A DNA stretch of 64,000 nucleotides from assembly GCA_947085185.1 (NCBI GenBank), contig CAMTVK010000001.1:32001-96000 (forward strand), read 5' to 3'. This document shows, one piece after another, positions 38,469-48,358 of this stretch (position 1 is its first letter; the number at the start of each line of letters is the position of its first letter). This DNA comes from Candidatus Fraserbacteria bacterium (lineage in GTDB: Bacteria > Bipolaricaulota > Bipolaricaulia > RBG-16-55-9 > DRXL01). The translations under genes and the position numbers were made by a program. Under the pieces are notes generated by a model. It did not search any database and was not told the origin of the DNA. It worked only from the letters and a program-made list of their open reading frames with translations.

Positions 38469-40280
38469 TCAAAACGTTGGTCCCCCGTCCTCCCCAAGAT
38501 AATACTCCTCAAAGCTCGTATACGCGCGATGGAAGAGCAGTGTGAACGTTCCTGTGGGGCCGTTGCGCTGTTTCCCAATGATGATCTCGGTCTCGTGTAC
38601 CAAGCGGGAGGGGGGCTGGTCCTCAGGCTCTTCGGGGGGCTCTTCGCTGCTTGCGTCTTCACGGTATAAGAAGAGCACGACATCAGCGGTCTGTTCGATC
38701 TCGCCGGAATTGTGCACTACAATACCGTTGGCCACAAAATTGTGCACGTCTTCTACGGCCAGATCCCAGACCGGCTCTTCACCCCCAGGCGTGATCGATA
38801 CGATTCTCTCCCATAGAAGGTCGCTTCGCGGTTCCCCAGGTAGTGTGACGGATCGCATTGTCGCAATCACATCCCCTGGAACCAAATCCCGCAAAGGACG
38901 CCATCCTTCTGCGGTCAAGAATGGATGCGCCGCAGTCGCGCGGATCTCACGCCCTGTCTGCACGCGCACTCTGTATACATGATTGACGCCCTTGGGGATG
39001 ACGTCGAGAACACGTGCTGGGCGCAGACGTTGCTCATGATCGAGTGCGATCACAGTCATCCCTGGACGGACGTTTCGGACTTCTAACAAATCGCCGGTCT
39101 TCCCATCAATCACGTGGGTGTCACCGGTCACGCATTCGCGCAAGTCGGACAATCTCGGCCTGCGCGGTGGGCGCTCTGGAGCGCGCGATAGCTGCGACAA
39201 TGCCACCACAGGGATATTCAGCTCCCGTGCCAGGCCCTTCAGCGACCGCGCAATGTACGCAACTTCTTGCTCACGCACGTCGCTGCGCCCCCCACCCTCG
39301 ACCAACTGCAAATAGTCCACAAAGAGCACATCCAGCCCGTGCTCGGATTTCATGCGCCGCGCCTTGGCTTTCAGCTCCAGCACAGAGATACTGGGCGTGT
39401 CGTCAATGATGATCTTGCTGCCCTGAAGCTTGTTCGCCGCGCTAATAATGCGGCGCCACGACTGCGAATCCGTCTGCAGATGCCCCCCACGCAACCGATG
39501 TAAGTTAATATGCGCCTCGGCGCACAGTAATCTCTCTAACACTTGCTCTTTGGTCATCTCTAAGCTGAAAAAACCCACGCACTTGCCGAAGCGCAACGCC
39601 ATGTTCCGTCCAAGAGAGAGCGCCAGCGACGTCTTCCCCATGCTCGGACGAGCAGCGATCACGATTAAGTCCGAGGGCTGCAACCCCGCGGTCATCTCGT
39701 CGAACTTGCGATAGCCTGTGGGCAAGCCGGTCACCGTGTGCTTGTGGGGATCGCGCTGGAGTTGCTCTAAGTGCTCCAAGTGCTCATGCAAGAAGTCTCG
39801 GATGAGATGGTAGTCCCTGGTGAGCTGGAAGCGCGAGATCGAGAAGATCTTCTCTTCGGCGGCATCGAGCACGCTTTCCAGATCGGACTCCTCTTGCAAC
39901 CCCAGCTCAGCGATCTGGTGGCCCGCGGCGATGAGCGCTCGCAGGATCGCTTTTTTCTTAATAATCTCGGCGTAGTAGGGGACGCTCGCCGTTGTGGTTA
40001 CCTTGGCCACCAGCTCGCTCAGATACGCCCGACCTCCCACAACCTCGAGCTTCTTGAGCTCGTCCAAACGGTTCCCCACCGTGATCAGATCGGCGGGCTT
40101 GCCACGTTCAAAGAGCTCCAGAATCACCCGATAGATAATCTGATGGGCTGTCCAATAGAAGTCTTCAGGCTGGAGGCTCTGCAAGAGCTGGGGGATGGCG
40201 CTCTCGGGCTCGAGCATCGCCGCGCCGAGCACGACTTGTTCGGCCTCGCGGTTCTTCGGTAACGTACCCCCAGATGGCAC
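38469..40280 (-). CDS. dnaB: Replicative DNA helicase (intein-containing)
   Basis: EAEQVVLG, AARPSMGKT, FSLEM, VDYLQL, LSQLSR, KQRNGPTG. Probable GTG start at 40280. Confidence 0.96.
   Translation of the reverse strand: MPSGGTLPKNREAEQVVLGAAMLEPESAIPQLLQSLQPEDFYWTAHQIIYRVILELFERGKPADLITVGNRLDELKKLEVVGGRAYLSELVAKVTTTASVPYYAEIIKKKAILRALIAAGHQIAELGLQEESDLESVLDAAEEKIFSISRFQLTRDYHLIRDFLHEHLEHLEQLQRDPHKHTVTGLPTGYRKFDEMTAGLQPSDLIVIAARPSMGKTSLALSLGRNMALRFGKCVGFFSLEMTKEQVLERLLCAEAHINLHRLRGGHLQTDSQSWRRIISAANKLQGSKIIIDDTPSISVLELKAKARRMKSEHGLDVLFVDYLQLVEGGGRSDVREQEVAYIARSLKGLARELNIPVVALSQLSRAPERPPRRPRLSDLRECVTGDTHVIDGKTGDLLEVRNVRPGMTVIALDHEQRLRPARVLDVIPKGVNHVYRVRVQTGREIRATAAHPFLTAEGWRPLRDLVPGDVIATMRSVTLPGEPRSDLLWERIVSITPGGEEPVWDLAVEDVHNFVANGIVVHNSGEIEQTADVVLFLYREDASSEEPPEEPEDQPPSRLVHETEIIIGKQRNGPTGTFTLLFHRAYTSFEEYYLGEDGGPTF
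38709..39134 (-). mobile_element. 142-aa mini-intein in DnaB
   Basis: SDLRE|CVTGDT...ATAAHPF...VWDL.V...HNFVANGIVVHN|SGEIEQ; no room for an endonuclease. Confidence 0.95.
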
Positions 40281-40343
40281 AGAAGACTCACCACAACGAT
40301 TATAGCACGCATGTCCCTGCCGCACCACGTACGAGCTCGTGCG

Positions 40344-40913
40344 CTACAGCCCTAGCTGGGGGGCGATCTCTTGCATGGCTTTGATCACAAATGCTATATG
40401 CTCATCGAGAGGGACGCCAAGCTCGCGCGCCCCCTGCTCGATCTCGTCGCGATTGACCCCGCGCGCGAACGCCTTGTCCTTCCATTTCTTCTTGACGGCC
40501 GCGACGTCCACTTCGGCCAAGCTCTTGTGAGGGCGCACAAGCGCAGTGGCCACGATCAAGCCGGTCAGCTCATCACACGCGAAGAGCGCCTTGGCCATCA
40601 AGGACGTACGAGGGACGCCCGTGTATGTCGCGTGCCCCAGGATCGCTTGGCAGATCTCTTCTGGGACGCCACGCTCACGCAGAACTTGCACCCCCGTAGA
40701 TGGGTGCCCTTGGGTGGGGTGATGCTCTGCATTGGGGTACTTTTCGTAGTCGAAGTCGTGGAGCAGGCCGGCCAAGCCCCAGCTCTCTTGGTCTTCGTTG
40801 AACTTGCTCGCGTAGGCGCGCATCGCCGCCTCCACCGCGAGCATATGCTTGATCAGATTCGGATTCTTTGTGTACTCTTGTACGAGTGCGAGCGCTTCCA
40901 AACGCGTCATCAT
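40344..40913 (-). CDS. HD-superfamily phosphohydrolase
   Basis: KHMLAVEA, GLLHDFDYE, ILGH, CDELTGLI. Confidence 0.9.
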   Translation of the reverse strand: MMTRLEALALVQEYTKNPNLIKHMLAVEAAMRAYASKFNEDQESWGLAGLLHDFDYEKYPNAEHHPTQGHPSTGVQVLRERGVPEEICQAILGHATYTGVPRTSLMAKALFACDELTGLIVATALVRPHKSLAEVDVAAVKKKWKDKAFARGVNRDEIEQGARELGVPLDEHIAFVIKAMQEIAPQLGL

Positions 40914-41042
40914 CAGCTGTGCACGCTCCTTTGTAACGTTTTGTTCAGTATACAGCCCCGCGTCTCAGATGGTCAAGGGTATGGCAGAGCGCCTCTTTGA
41001 CAGAACAGAGCTGATCTGCTAGAGTCGTTTGGGTGATCGAGT

Positions 41043-42605
41043 ATGACCAGTGCGCGGGAAGCCCTCGCCAAGACGCTCAAAGAAAACAAGATTGCTCTTG
41101 TCACCGGGGTCTATGGCGACCCCTGCACAGCGCTCTTAGACGAGTGTGCCAAGCAGGGGGTGCACACGGAGATCAGCACTGAGGAGAAGACCGCGTTCGC
41201 GCAGGCGTTAGGGGCTTCGGTAGCGGGTCTACCCAGCGTCGTCATAGTCAAGCAAGTGGGCGTCAATGTCTTAGCGGACCCGTTGGTGACCGCGGTGACG
41301 CATGGGATTGGTGCGGGACTTTTACTCATTGCTGGGGACGATCCTGGTGCGGTCAAATCCCAGAACGAACAAGATTCCCGCTGGTACGCCAAGCTTGCTG
41401 ATATTCCCGTGCTTGTGCCTCCGGGGCCGCAGTACGTCAGCGATGCGGCTATTGAGGGGCTGGCACTGTCGGCGACCTTGGGCATTCCCGTGATGATGCA
41501 GGTGACGGCGCGTCTGTTGGAGGGGGAGGGTCGTCCCAGCGAGATGCCCCTCACGGTTGAGGCGCGCTTCGACCGAGACCGAGCCTGGAGGAATCTCATC
41601 TTAGATCGCTATAAGTATTTCTATCAAAAGATCTATCCTCAACTGATTGAGCTCGTCGAAGATTCGCCACTACACCAGACTCCGTCTGACCAGGCTTCGC
41701 CTGGACCGTATATCGTGCCGCCTCTGGCGGCACGGCGAACAGTCCAGACGGAGTCTGGGTCTGGTGTGATCTCGTGTGGGTTTGTTTCAACGTTGGTCAC
41801 GGAGAAGAATCACTTTGCGTTGGGGTATGCGCATCCGTTGCCGGAGCGTGCGCTGGTGCGCTTCTTGAAGCCTCTGGAGAATGTGTTAGTCGTCGAGGAG
41901 ATTGCGCCGATTGTTGAGGAATCTGTGAACGTGCTGGTAGCGCGCTACGGGCTGAAGACAAAAGTCTATGGGCGGCTGACGGGGCATTTGCCCAGGATTG
42001 GGGGGTTGGAGGCGCAGCAGATAGCGGAGGCGTGGGGGCGTGTTGGGGGAGCGCTCTCTTGTGAGACTCCCACGCGGGTGAGCGGGGGGATTTTGGAGCT
42101 GCCTTGTGGGGGCTTTGAGCTGCTCTATGAAGTGCTCGATGAGGTCTTATCTGAAGGGCATCTTGTGGCTGGGGATGTGGGCTGTTCGATTGTGCACGGG
42201 TATTTTCCGCCGCAGGTGATTGACACGGCGTATGCGTTGGGGACGGCGATTGCGACGGCGGCGGGGATGGGGCTTTCTGGGCGCAAGGGGGTGGCGGTCA
42301 TTGGGGATGTGGGGTTTCTTCATTCTGGGATTACGGGGCTGTTGAATGCGGTAGAGCATGGGCACAACGTGCTTGTGATTATTCTTTATAATAAAGTTTC
42401 GGCGATGACGCCTGGGGTGCAGGGGTGTGTGGGTTTAGGGCGGGTGCGTGCGGTGGTGGAGGCGTGCGGGGTTGCTGTGATAGATGAGGTGCAGATGGAG
42501 CAGGTGACAAGGGAGGAGCTGAAGGGGCTCTTGGAGAGGCGGCTTTCTGAGCGTGGGGTGCAGGTGCTGATCGCGCACGCCAAGCCTAAAAAATTGCACG
42601 AATGA
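41043..42605 (+). CDS. iorA: ThDP-dependent indolepyruvate:ferredoxin oxidoreductase alpha-like subunit
   Basis: VKQVGVNVLADP, GDDPG..KSQNEQDSR, VVEE, GDVGC, GD.GFLHSG...L.N ThDP motif; no C-terminal ferredoxin domain. Confidence 0.78.
   Translation: MTSAREALAKTLKENKIALVTGVYGDPCTALLDECAKQGVHTEISTEEKTAFAQALGASVAGLPSVVIVKQVGVNVLADPLVTAVTHGIGAGLLLIAGDDPGAVKSQNEQDSRWYAKLADIPVLVPPGPQYVSDAAIEGLALSATLGIPVMMQVTARLLEGEGRPSEMPLTVEARFDRDRAWRNLILDRYKYFYQKIYPQLIELVEDSPLHQTPSDQASPGPYIVPPLAARRTVQTESGSGVISCGFVSTLVTEKNHFALGYAHPLPERALVRFLKPLENVLVVEEIAPIVEESVNVLVARYGLKTKVYGRLTGHLPRIGGLEAQQIAEAWGRVGGALSCETPTRVSGGILELPCGGFELLYEVLDEVLSEGHLVAGDVGCSIVHGYFPPQVIDTAYALGTAIATAAGMGLSGRKGVAVIGDVGFLHSGITGLLNAVEHGHNVLVIILYNKVSAMTPGVQGCVGLGRVRAVVEACGVAVIDEVQMEQVTREELKGLLERRLSERGVQVLIAHAKPKKLHE
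41675..41758. repeat. 84-bp branched palindromic element inserted in frame in iorA
   Basis: 14-bp terminal IR CCAGACTCCGTCTG/CAGACGGAGTCTGG enclosing hairpins CCAGGC-TTC-GCCTGG and CGTGCCGCC-TCT-GGCGGCACG. Confidence 0.8.
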
Positions 42606-42688
42606 GCCGTGCAAGAGAGTCAGCCCTCTTGACTTGGGCAGGGTAGCTGTGCTATAGTCAAGCCCCAATAAAAAATTAGAGAGGGCTT

Positions 42689-44857
42689 ATGAGCTATCGA
42701 AGGGGCCTGGCAGCTCTTCTCTTAGTGGGGGCTATTGTCATTGATCAAGCGCTGACGGTCCGCGCAGCCTCCGTGCGCGACGTCGTGATCAGTGAAGTCG
42801 CGTGGATGGGCACGCAAGCCGATGCCAATGACGAGTGGATCGAGCTGTACAATAACACCGATCTTCCCCTCAACCTCACGGGCTGGCAGATCGTCTCGCT
42901 GACAGATAACTCCCCTAATTTTACGATTAGCTCTGCTCGTTGCAGGAATGTCGTCATCCCCGCCAAGGGGTTCTTTGTGCTCGAGCGGACGAGCGATACA
43001 ACTGTCAGCGACATTGTTGCAGACTGTATTTACACAGGTGCGTTGAGTGACAGAGGAGAGAGCCTTGCGTTGAAAGCCCCTTCGGGAACTATCATTGATA
43101 CAGCCAACGGCGATGGCGGCCCCTGGCCTGCAGGGACTCCTTCACCCAAAGCCACGATGGAACGCATCGATCTGATGGCTCCCGATTCTGATGCCAACTG
43201 GGACACCAACGATGGCGTCCACCGCAACGGCCTCGACGCAAATAATAATCCGATCAATGGGACGCCCAAGGCGCCGCGCCAGAGAGCGTCTTATAATGCG
43301 CGCGACGTCGTGATCAGCGAAGTCGCGTGGATGGGCACGCAAGCCGATGCCAACGACGAATGGATCGAACTTTATAACAATACCGACCAAGCGATCGCTC
43401 TTGTGGGATGGAGGTTGGAAGCCGCTGATGGCATGCCCAGCATTGTCCTCTCTGGCGTCATTCCCGCGAAGGGCTTCTTCTTGCTCGAGCGCACCGACGA
43501 CAACACCGTGAGCGACATTATCGCCGATCAGATCTACACTGGTGCGCTCTCCAATCCTGGTGAAGTTCTCGTCTTAAAAGATCCGTCGGGAAACGTTATT
43601 GACACCGCCAACGGCAATGGTGGCCCCTGGCCCGCCGGAGATGACTCACGGAGGGCCACGATGGAGCGTCTCGATCTGATGGCTTCCGACTCCGACGTCA
43701 ACTGGGCTACCAACGACGGAATCCATCGAAATGGCCTGGACGCTCAGAATAATCCCATCAACGGCACACCCAAAGCCCATAAGCCCCCTTATGTGACTAT
43801 CGCCAATCCTACGACGGCTTCGCCGGTATATCTCCCCCCGGGCGGAAGCTTTTCAGTGCGCTTCACCAGCGATGAAGCCGGCACTTCTGAGATCGCCATT
43901 GACGGGACACACTGCGGCGGCGGAGCCGTCAGCGTCGGCACGAATATTCAGACGTGTACGCTCCCTAGCCCGTTTGCCCATGGTGCCTATGATCTCTCTG
44001 TAAGGGTCACTGACGCCACGATGGCTATCGGTGCGGCGACCGAAAGAGCTGCTGTGCGCGTGATCCTAGCGACTCTTGGTGACGTGAACGGCGACGGGAA
44101 GGTCAATGTGATTGACGCGCGCCTGGCACAGCAACACGCCGACGGAGTCATCACCCTCACGGGAATGCAGCTCTTAGCCGCTGATGTTGACCAAGACAGC
44201 GACGTAGATGCTGACGATGCGACGGCGATTGCCAAGAAGGGGATTGGATTGCCTACAGGGATTCCGTGGTTTGCGAGATCTCGTTCTTTGTTTGGGGAGG
44301 AATGGGGACTTTTGCTGGCTTTTGCCCTGTCGGCCCTGTTGCGTGGGCGACGCAAGAGACAAGCGTTATGGTTCATGATGCTGGGGGTAGTGAGCGTGCT
44401 TACGGGCTGCACGGAGTTTGCGGGCCCGCCTCCGCCCTCCGGCCCGGCGATCTTCGTCACTTCGACTTCCATGCCCAACGGGGCCACCCGGACTGTACAA
44501 ATCGTCGTTCACAACGTGACGGCCCAAGGCGGCGTGGCTGCGCTCCAAGGACGGATCGCCTATCCCGCTGGGAAAGTGACTGTGCACTCACTCACGGGCT
44601 TGAGCGGCTTTGTTGTCAAGGCGCTTGCGATAGACAACGCTGTGGGTGAGGTGCGCTTTGCCCTTGTTAAATCTAGCCCCGGTGGCATCAGCAACGGAGC
44701 AGTTGTGCAAGTGACTCTATCGGTTTCTGGGGTGCCGGGGAGCATTGTAATGCTGAGCTGGGCCGCGAGCGCCCAGACGCCCATCGTCATCGGAGGGGAG
44801 ACAAACACTGAAATTTTAGGGCTCAGTTTTGGCGATGGGGCCGTGCGCGTGCGCTAG
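42689..44857 (+). CDS. Secreted protein: 2x lamin-tail domain, Ig-like, dockerin, TM, internal lipobox, cohesin-like domain
   Basis: Signal peptide; VVISEVAWMG..DEWIELYN twice; GDVNGDGKVNVIDA...ADVDQDSDVDADDA; WGLLLAFALSALL-RGRRKRQ-ALWFMMLGVVSVLTGC; C-terminal beta-sandwich. Confidence 0.82.
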   Translation: MSYRRGLAALLLVGAIVIDQALTVRAASVRDVVISEVAWMGTQADANDEWIELYNNTDLPLNLTGWQIVSLTDNSPNFTISSARCRNVVIPAKGFFVLERTSDTTVSDIVADCIYTGALSDRGESLALKAPSGTIIDTANGDGGPWPAGTPSPKATMERIDLMAPDSDANWDTNDGVHRNGLDANNNPINGTPKAPRQRASYNARDVVISEVAWMGTQADANDEWIELYNNTDQAIALVGWRLEAADGMPSIVLSGVIPAKGFFLLERTDDNTVSDIIADQIYTGALSNPGEVLVLKDPSGNVIDTANGNGGPWPAGDDSRRATMERLDLMASDSDVNWATNDGIHRNGLDAQNNPINGTPKAHKPPYVTIANPTTASPVYLPPGGSFSVRFTSDEAGTSEIAIDGTHCGGGAVSVGTNIQTCTLPSPFAHGAYDLSVRVTDATMAIGAATERAAVRVILATLGDVNGDGKVNVIDARLAQQHADGVITLTGMQLLAADVDQDSDVDADDATAIAKKGIGLPTGIPWFARSRSLFGEEWGLLLAFALSALLRGRRKRQALWFMMLGVVSVLTGCTEFAGPPPPSGPAIFVTSTSMPNGATRTVQIVVHNVTAQGGVAALQGRIAYPAGKVTVHSLTGLSGFVVKALAIDNAVGEVRFALVKSSPGGISNGAVVQVTLSVSGVPGSIVMLSWAASAQTPIVIGGETNTEILGLSFGDGAVRVR
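42775..43777 (+). repeat. Intragenic tandem duplication (two LTD units, starts 525 bp apart)
   Basis: GCGCGACGTCGTGATCAG(T/C)GAAGTCGCGTGGATGGGCACGCAAGCCGATGCCAA at 42775 and 43300. Confidence 0.92.
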
Positions 44858-44877
44858 CGTGAGAGTATAATTATCCC

Positions 44878-45878
44878 GTGCGCACAGAGATCCTCCATGC
44901 CAATGACGCAGCCCTCAAGCGCGCCGCTCAGATCATCCGCTCCGGCGGGCTTGTGGCCTTTCCCACTGAGACCGTCTACGGACTGGGGGCCAATGCCCTC
45001 AACCCCGACGCCGCCAGAAAGATCTTCCTCGCCAAAGACCGCCCCCCAGATGACCCCCTCATCGTCCATATCGCCCACGCCCACGAACTGGTGACGCTCG
45101 CCCGACAGATCCCCCAAAGAGCCTGGGACTTGGCCGAAAGATTTTGGCCCGGCCCGCTCACTTTGGTCTTGCCCAAAACAGACAGGGTCCCCACCGTCAC
45201 TACCGGAGGACTCGATACCGTCGCCGTGCGCATGCCAAGCCATCCCATCGCTCACCAGCTTATCGAACTGAGTGGAGTTCCCATCGCCGCGCCCTCCGCC
45301 AATAGATTCGGCCGCCCAAGCTCCACCACAGCGCAGCACGTCAAAGAAGACTTAGATGGACGCATCGAGCTGATCCTAGACGGTGGCCCCACCCCCATCG
45401 GCGTCGAGTCCACCGTCTTGGATATGACCCAAGACCCCCCCATGATCCTCCGGCCCGGCGGAGTCACTCTCGAAGAGCTTCACGCGATTTTGGGAGCAGT
45501 GCAGATGATGCACCCCATGGATAGAGAAGCTGCCATGCGTTCCCCAGGGACGCGCGCGCGACACTACGCCCCGCGGGCCAAGCTGGTGCTTGCCGCAAGC
45601 TCAGAGCTGGAGCAGCTCGTGGCCAGACTGCGCCAGAGCGGGACTCGGGTCGGCGTGCTCGCAAGAGCGCGCCCTCTTGCGTGCGGGCCTTCCGTGATCC
45701 AGATGCCCATGGATCTCACAGAATACGCGCGGCGACTCTTTGCGGCGCTGCGTGAGCTCGATGCCCAAGGGGTGGACGTGATCGTCGTGGAGCAGCTCGA
45801 AGAGAGCGGGCTGGGACGGACGATCATGGACCGGCTGCGGCGCGCCAGTTATAATGTGGAAGGGTACGGAGGTGATCA

Positions 45879-45882
<4 letters not shown>
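44878..45882 (+). CDS. sua5: Threonylcarbamoyl-AMP synthase (Sua5-type TsaC)
   Basis: FPTETVYGLGA, K.RP.D.PLIVH, FWPGPLT, AAPSANRFG, SPG....HYAP, I.DRLRRA. Confidence 0.96.
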
Positions 45883-46125
<243 letters not shown>

Positions 46126-46208
46126 AGTGAGACAGTTTTATCATAGCAGGGTCTGCTGGAGCTGTCAAGTTGCATAATGAACTTGGAACTTGTACCTTAG
46201 AGCTGTCT

Positions 46209-46904
46209 ATGACCCATGAGCTGGAAGCGCTTCTTGAGCTGAATAGACACGATATAGCCATGCGGCAGCTCGCTCTCAAGATCGAGGGGCTCCAGCGCCG
46301 CCGCCTCTTGCTCCAGGAGGCGATGGCGCGCGAGCACACTGAATTTCTCACGAAGAAGAGAGCATTCGAGGAGCTCCAACGCCACAGCCGCGAAAAGAAC
46401 CGCGAAGTTGATGACTTGGACGCGCAAATCCGCGCCGATACCGAAAGACTGCGCACGGGCCTGCTCAGCTATAAAGAGATGGAGGCTCTCAGAATCCGAG
46501 TGGAGCACGCCCGCACCCGAATAGATCAGCTCGAAGACGAGGCCCTCGCCCTCATCACCCAAGTCGAAGAGCAAGCCCCCATCATCCGCAAGGCCGAGGA
46601 AGATTTTCTCCGATGGAAAGCCAAGATAGACCAAGACATCGCGCAGATTGACTCCGAGATCGCAGGGCACAAACAAGAGCTGGAGCGACTGCGCCGTGCG
46701 CGAGAACAGCACACATCTGCAGTGGATCAGGTGCTCTTGCAACGCTATGAGGAGCTGCGAGCACGCTATGAGGACCCTATCGCGTTCGTGCACAACGGCG
46801 TCTGTTCTGGGTGCAACCTGCGCGTCAGCGAGATCACCCTGGAGCGCGTCCGCCAAGAGCTCGCGACATGTGAGAACTGCTCGCGCTTGCTGTATGTCAA
46901 GTAG
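46209..46904 (+). CDS. Coiled-coil protein with a C4 zinc ribbon (DUF164 type)
   Basis: Long heptad region, then CSGC...CENCSRLLY. Confidence 0.9.
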   Translation: MTHELEALLELNRHDIAMRQLALKIEGLQRRRLLLQEAMAREHTEFLTKKRAFEELQRHSREKNREVDDLDAQIRADTERLRTGLLSYKEMEALRIRVEHARTRIDQLEDEALALITQVEEQAPIIRKAEEDFLRWKAKIDQDIAQIDSEIAGHKQELERLRRAREQHTSAVDQVLLQRYEELRARYEDPIAFVHNGVCSGCNLRVSEITLERVRQELATCENCSRLLYVK

Positions 46905-47592
46905 AGTGGCGCTCGCGCTGCTCGTGCTTGGTGCGGTGCTGGTGCGCGCCCAAGACGAGATCGTCCTTCCCCGGCAGATGGGAAGGATCAACGATTACGC
47001 GGCGGTCTTAGGGAGCGCCCGCGCCAATCTGGAAGCGCAGCTGGACGCAATCGCACGAGCGTTCAACGTCCAGGTGGTCATTCTTGCCACGATTTATGAT
47101 CCGTTCGATGACGCGTCGGTCTATGCAGGGCGGATCTGGGAATCGTGGGGGTTGGGGAAGCGCACGGTGTTGCTCGTCTTTGTGAGGGAACAGACGAAAA
47201 ATCAATGGGTCTTCGAGCTGCGCGTGGGGGAAGAGATTCGCGGGCTGTTGCGCCCGGAGCATCTGGAGCAGATGCGCCAGGGGCTGCGCTATCATCTGGA
47301 GCGCAGGCGCATCAAGACGGCTCTAGAGGACTCCGTAGCTGCCCTCCAAGCGATGCTAGAGGGCAGCTACGGCCGGCCTCCGCCCAGCGTATCTGGGGGG
47401 ATTCAGTGGTCGTGGGTGGCGATACTTGTTGGAGGGCTTGTGGGACTAGGCGGAGCAGCTCTCTTGATGCGAGCGTTGTTGGGGAATCGGTGTCCGCGCT
47501 GCGGCGCCCGCTTGCGCTCCTATCGGGCTACGGGGCGCCGCAGCACCCAGTACCGAAGCTGTCCCTTCTGTGGCTATGCGCGTTTTCGCTAG
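46894..47592 (+). CDS. TPM-domain membrane protein with a C-terminal zinc ribbon
   Basis: Signal peptide, G.INDYA.VL, WGLG, TM helix, CPRC...CPFC. Confidence 0.8.
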   Translation: MSSRVALALLVLGAVLVRAQDEIVLPRQMGRINDYAAVLGSARANLEAQLDAIARAFNVQVVILATIYDPFDDASVYAGRIWESWGLGKRTVLLVFVREQTKNQWVFELRVGEEIRGLLRPEHLEQMRQGLRYHLERRRIKTALEDSVAALQAMLEGSYGRPPPSVSGGIQWSWVAILVGGLVGLGGAALLMRALLGNRCPRCGARLRSYRATGRRSTQYRSCPFCGYARFR

Positions 47593-47834
47593 TTCAAGCT
47601 CGCGTTCAGCTTTTTTTCTGCATCATCGTGGGTCAAGCGGATGACCAAGGAGAGACTGAGTCTGTTGCCTTCGGCTTGGAGCCGCGCGCGCAGCTCGCGA
47701 TTGTGCGCTAACAGCTGGACCAGATCGTTCGCGAGCAACTGAGCCGCCGCGTGAATATACGAAAGATCATGCCCGTTTCCCAAATCTTGCCATTCTTCGA
47801 TAGTGCCTACCAAGCGGGCCTCTGCTTCTGCCAT
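47589..47834 (-). CDS. Hypothetical protein (81 aa)
   Basis: AAGGAGG RBS before the ATG at 47834; fills the gap next to rnpB. Confidence 0.6.
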   Translation of the reverse strand: MAEAEARLVGTIEEWQDLGNGHDLSYIHAAAQLLANDLVQLLAHNRELRARLQAEGNRLSLSLVIRLTHDDAEKKLNASLN

Positions 47835-47927
47835 AGGTGCCAGCCTCCTTTTGTGCTTAGGACTTATCCTACGAGCCACAGGGCCACAAGACTATGATGG
47901 ACATTACATTCGTGATATAATTGGGGT

Positions 47928-48290
47928 GTGCAGAGGGGCGGAGGGCCGCGGGTGCCGCGCACGCGTGCACCTGAGGAAAGTCCGGACTCTGCAGGGCAGG
48001 CCGCTCGCCGCAAGGCGAGAGGGAGCGATCCTTGGAAAGTGCCACAGAGAAGAGACCGCCGAAGGCCCCCACCCTTCTCTGTGAGGGCCAGGCAAGGGTG
48101 AAACGGTGGGGTAAGAGCCCACCGCCCCGCTCGCGAGAGTCGGGGGCACGGCAAACCCCGGCCAGAGCAAGACCAAGTAAGGGCGCGCCTGAGAGTGGCC
48201 CGCTCGATGCGCCTGGGTAGGTCGCCTAGAGAGATGGCCCTCACCGGCTCGCAAGAGCCGGCACAGAATCCGGCTTATGCTCCTCTGCAC
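47928..48290 (+). ncRNA. rnpB: RNase P RNA
   Basis: GAGGAAAGTCCGGACTC, GGAAAGTGCCACAGA, GGGTGAAACGG..GGTAAGAGCCCACC, ACAGAATCCGGCTTAT; P1 helix GTGCAGAGGGGC/GCTCCTCTGCAC. Confidence 0.97.
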
Positions 48291-48358
48291 GATTCTTTTC
48301 GACAGGAGTAACATGAGACGCCCTTGAGTTTCTGCACTGTTTGTGATATAAGAATAAT

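Noticed and set aside
38240..38683. 147-aa minus-strand ORF
   Set aside because: It runs through tRNA-Asn and the dnaB end and has no protein motif
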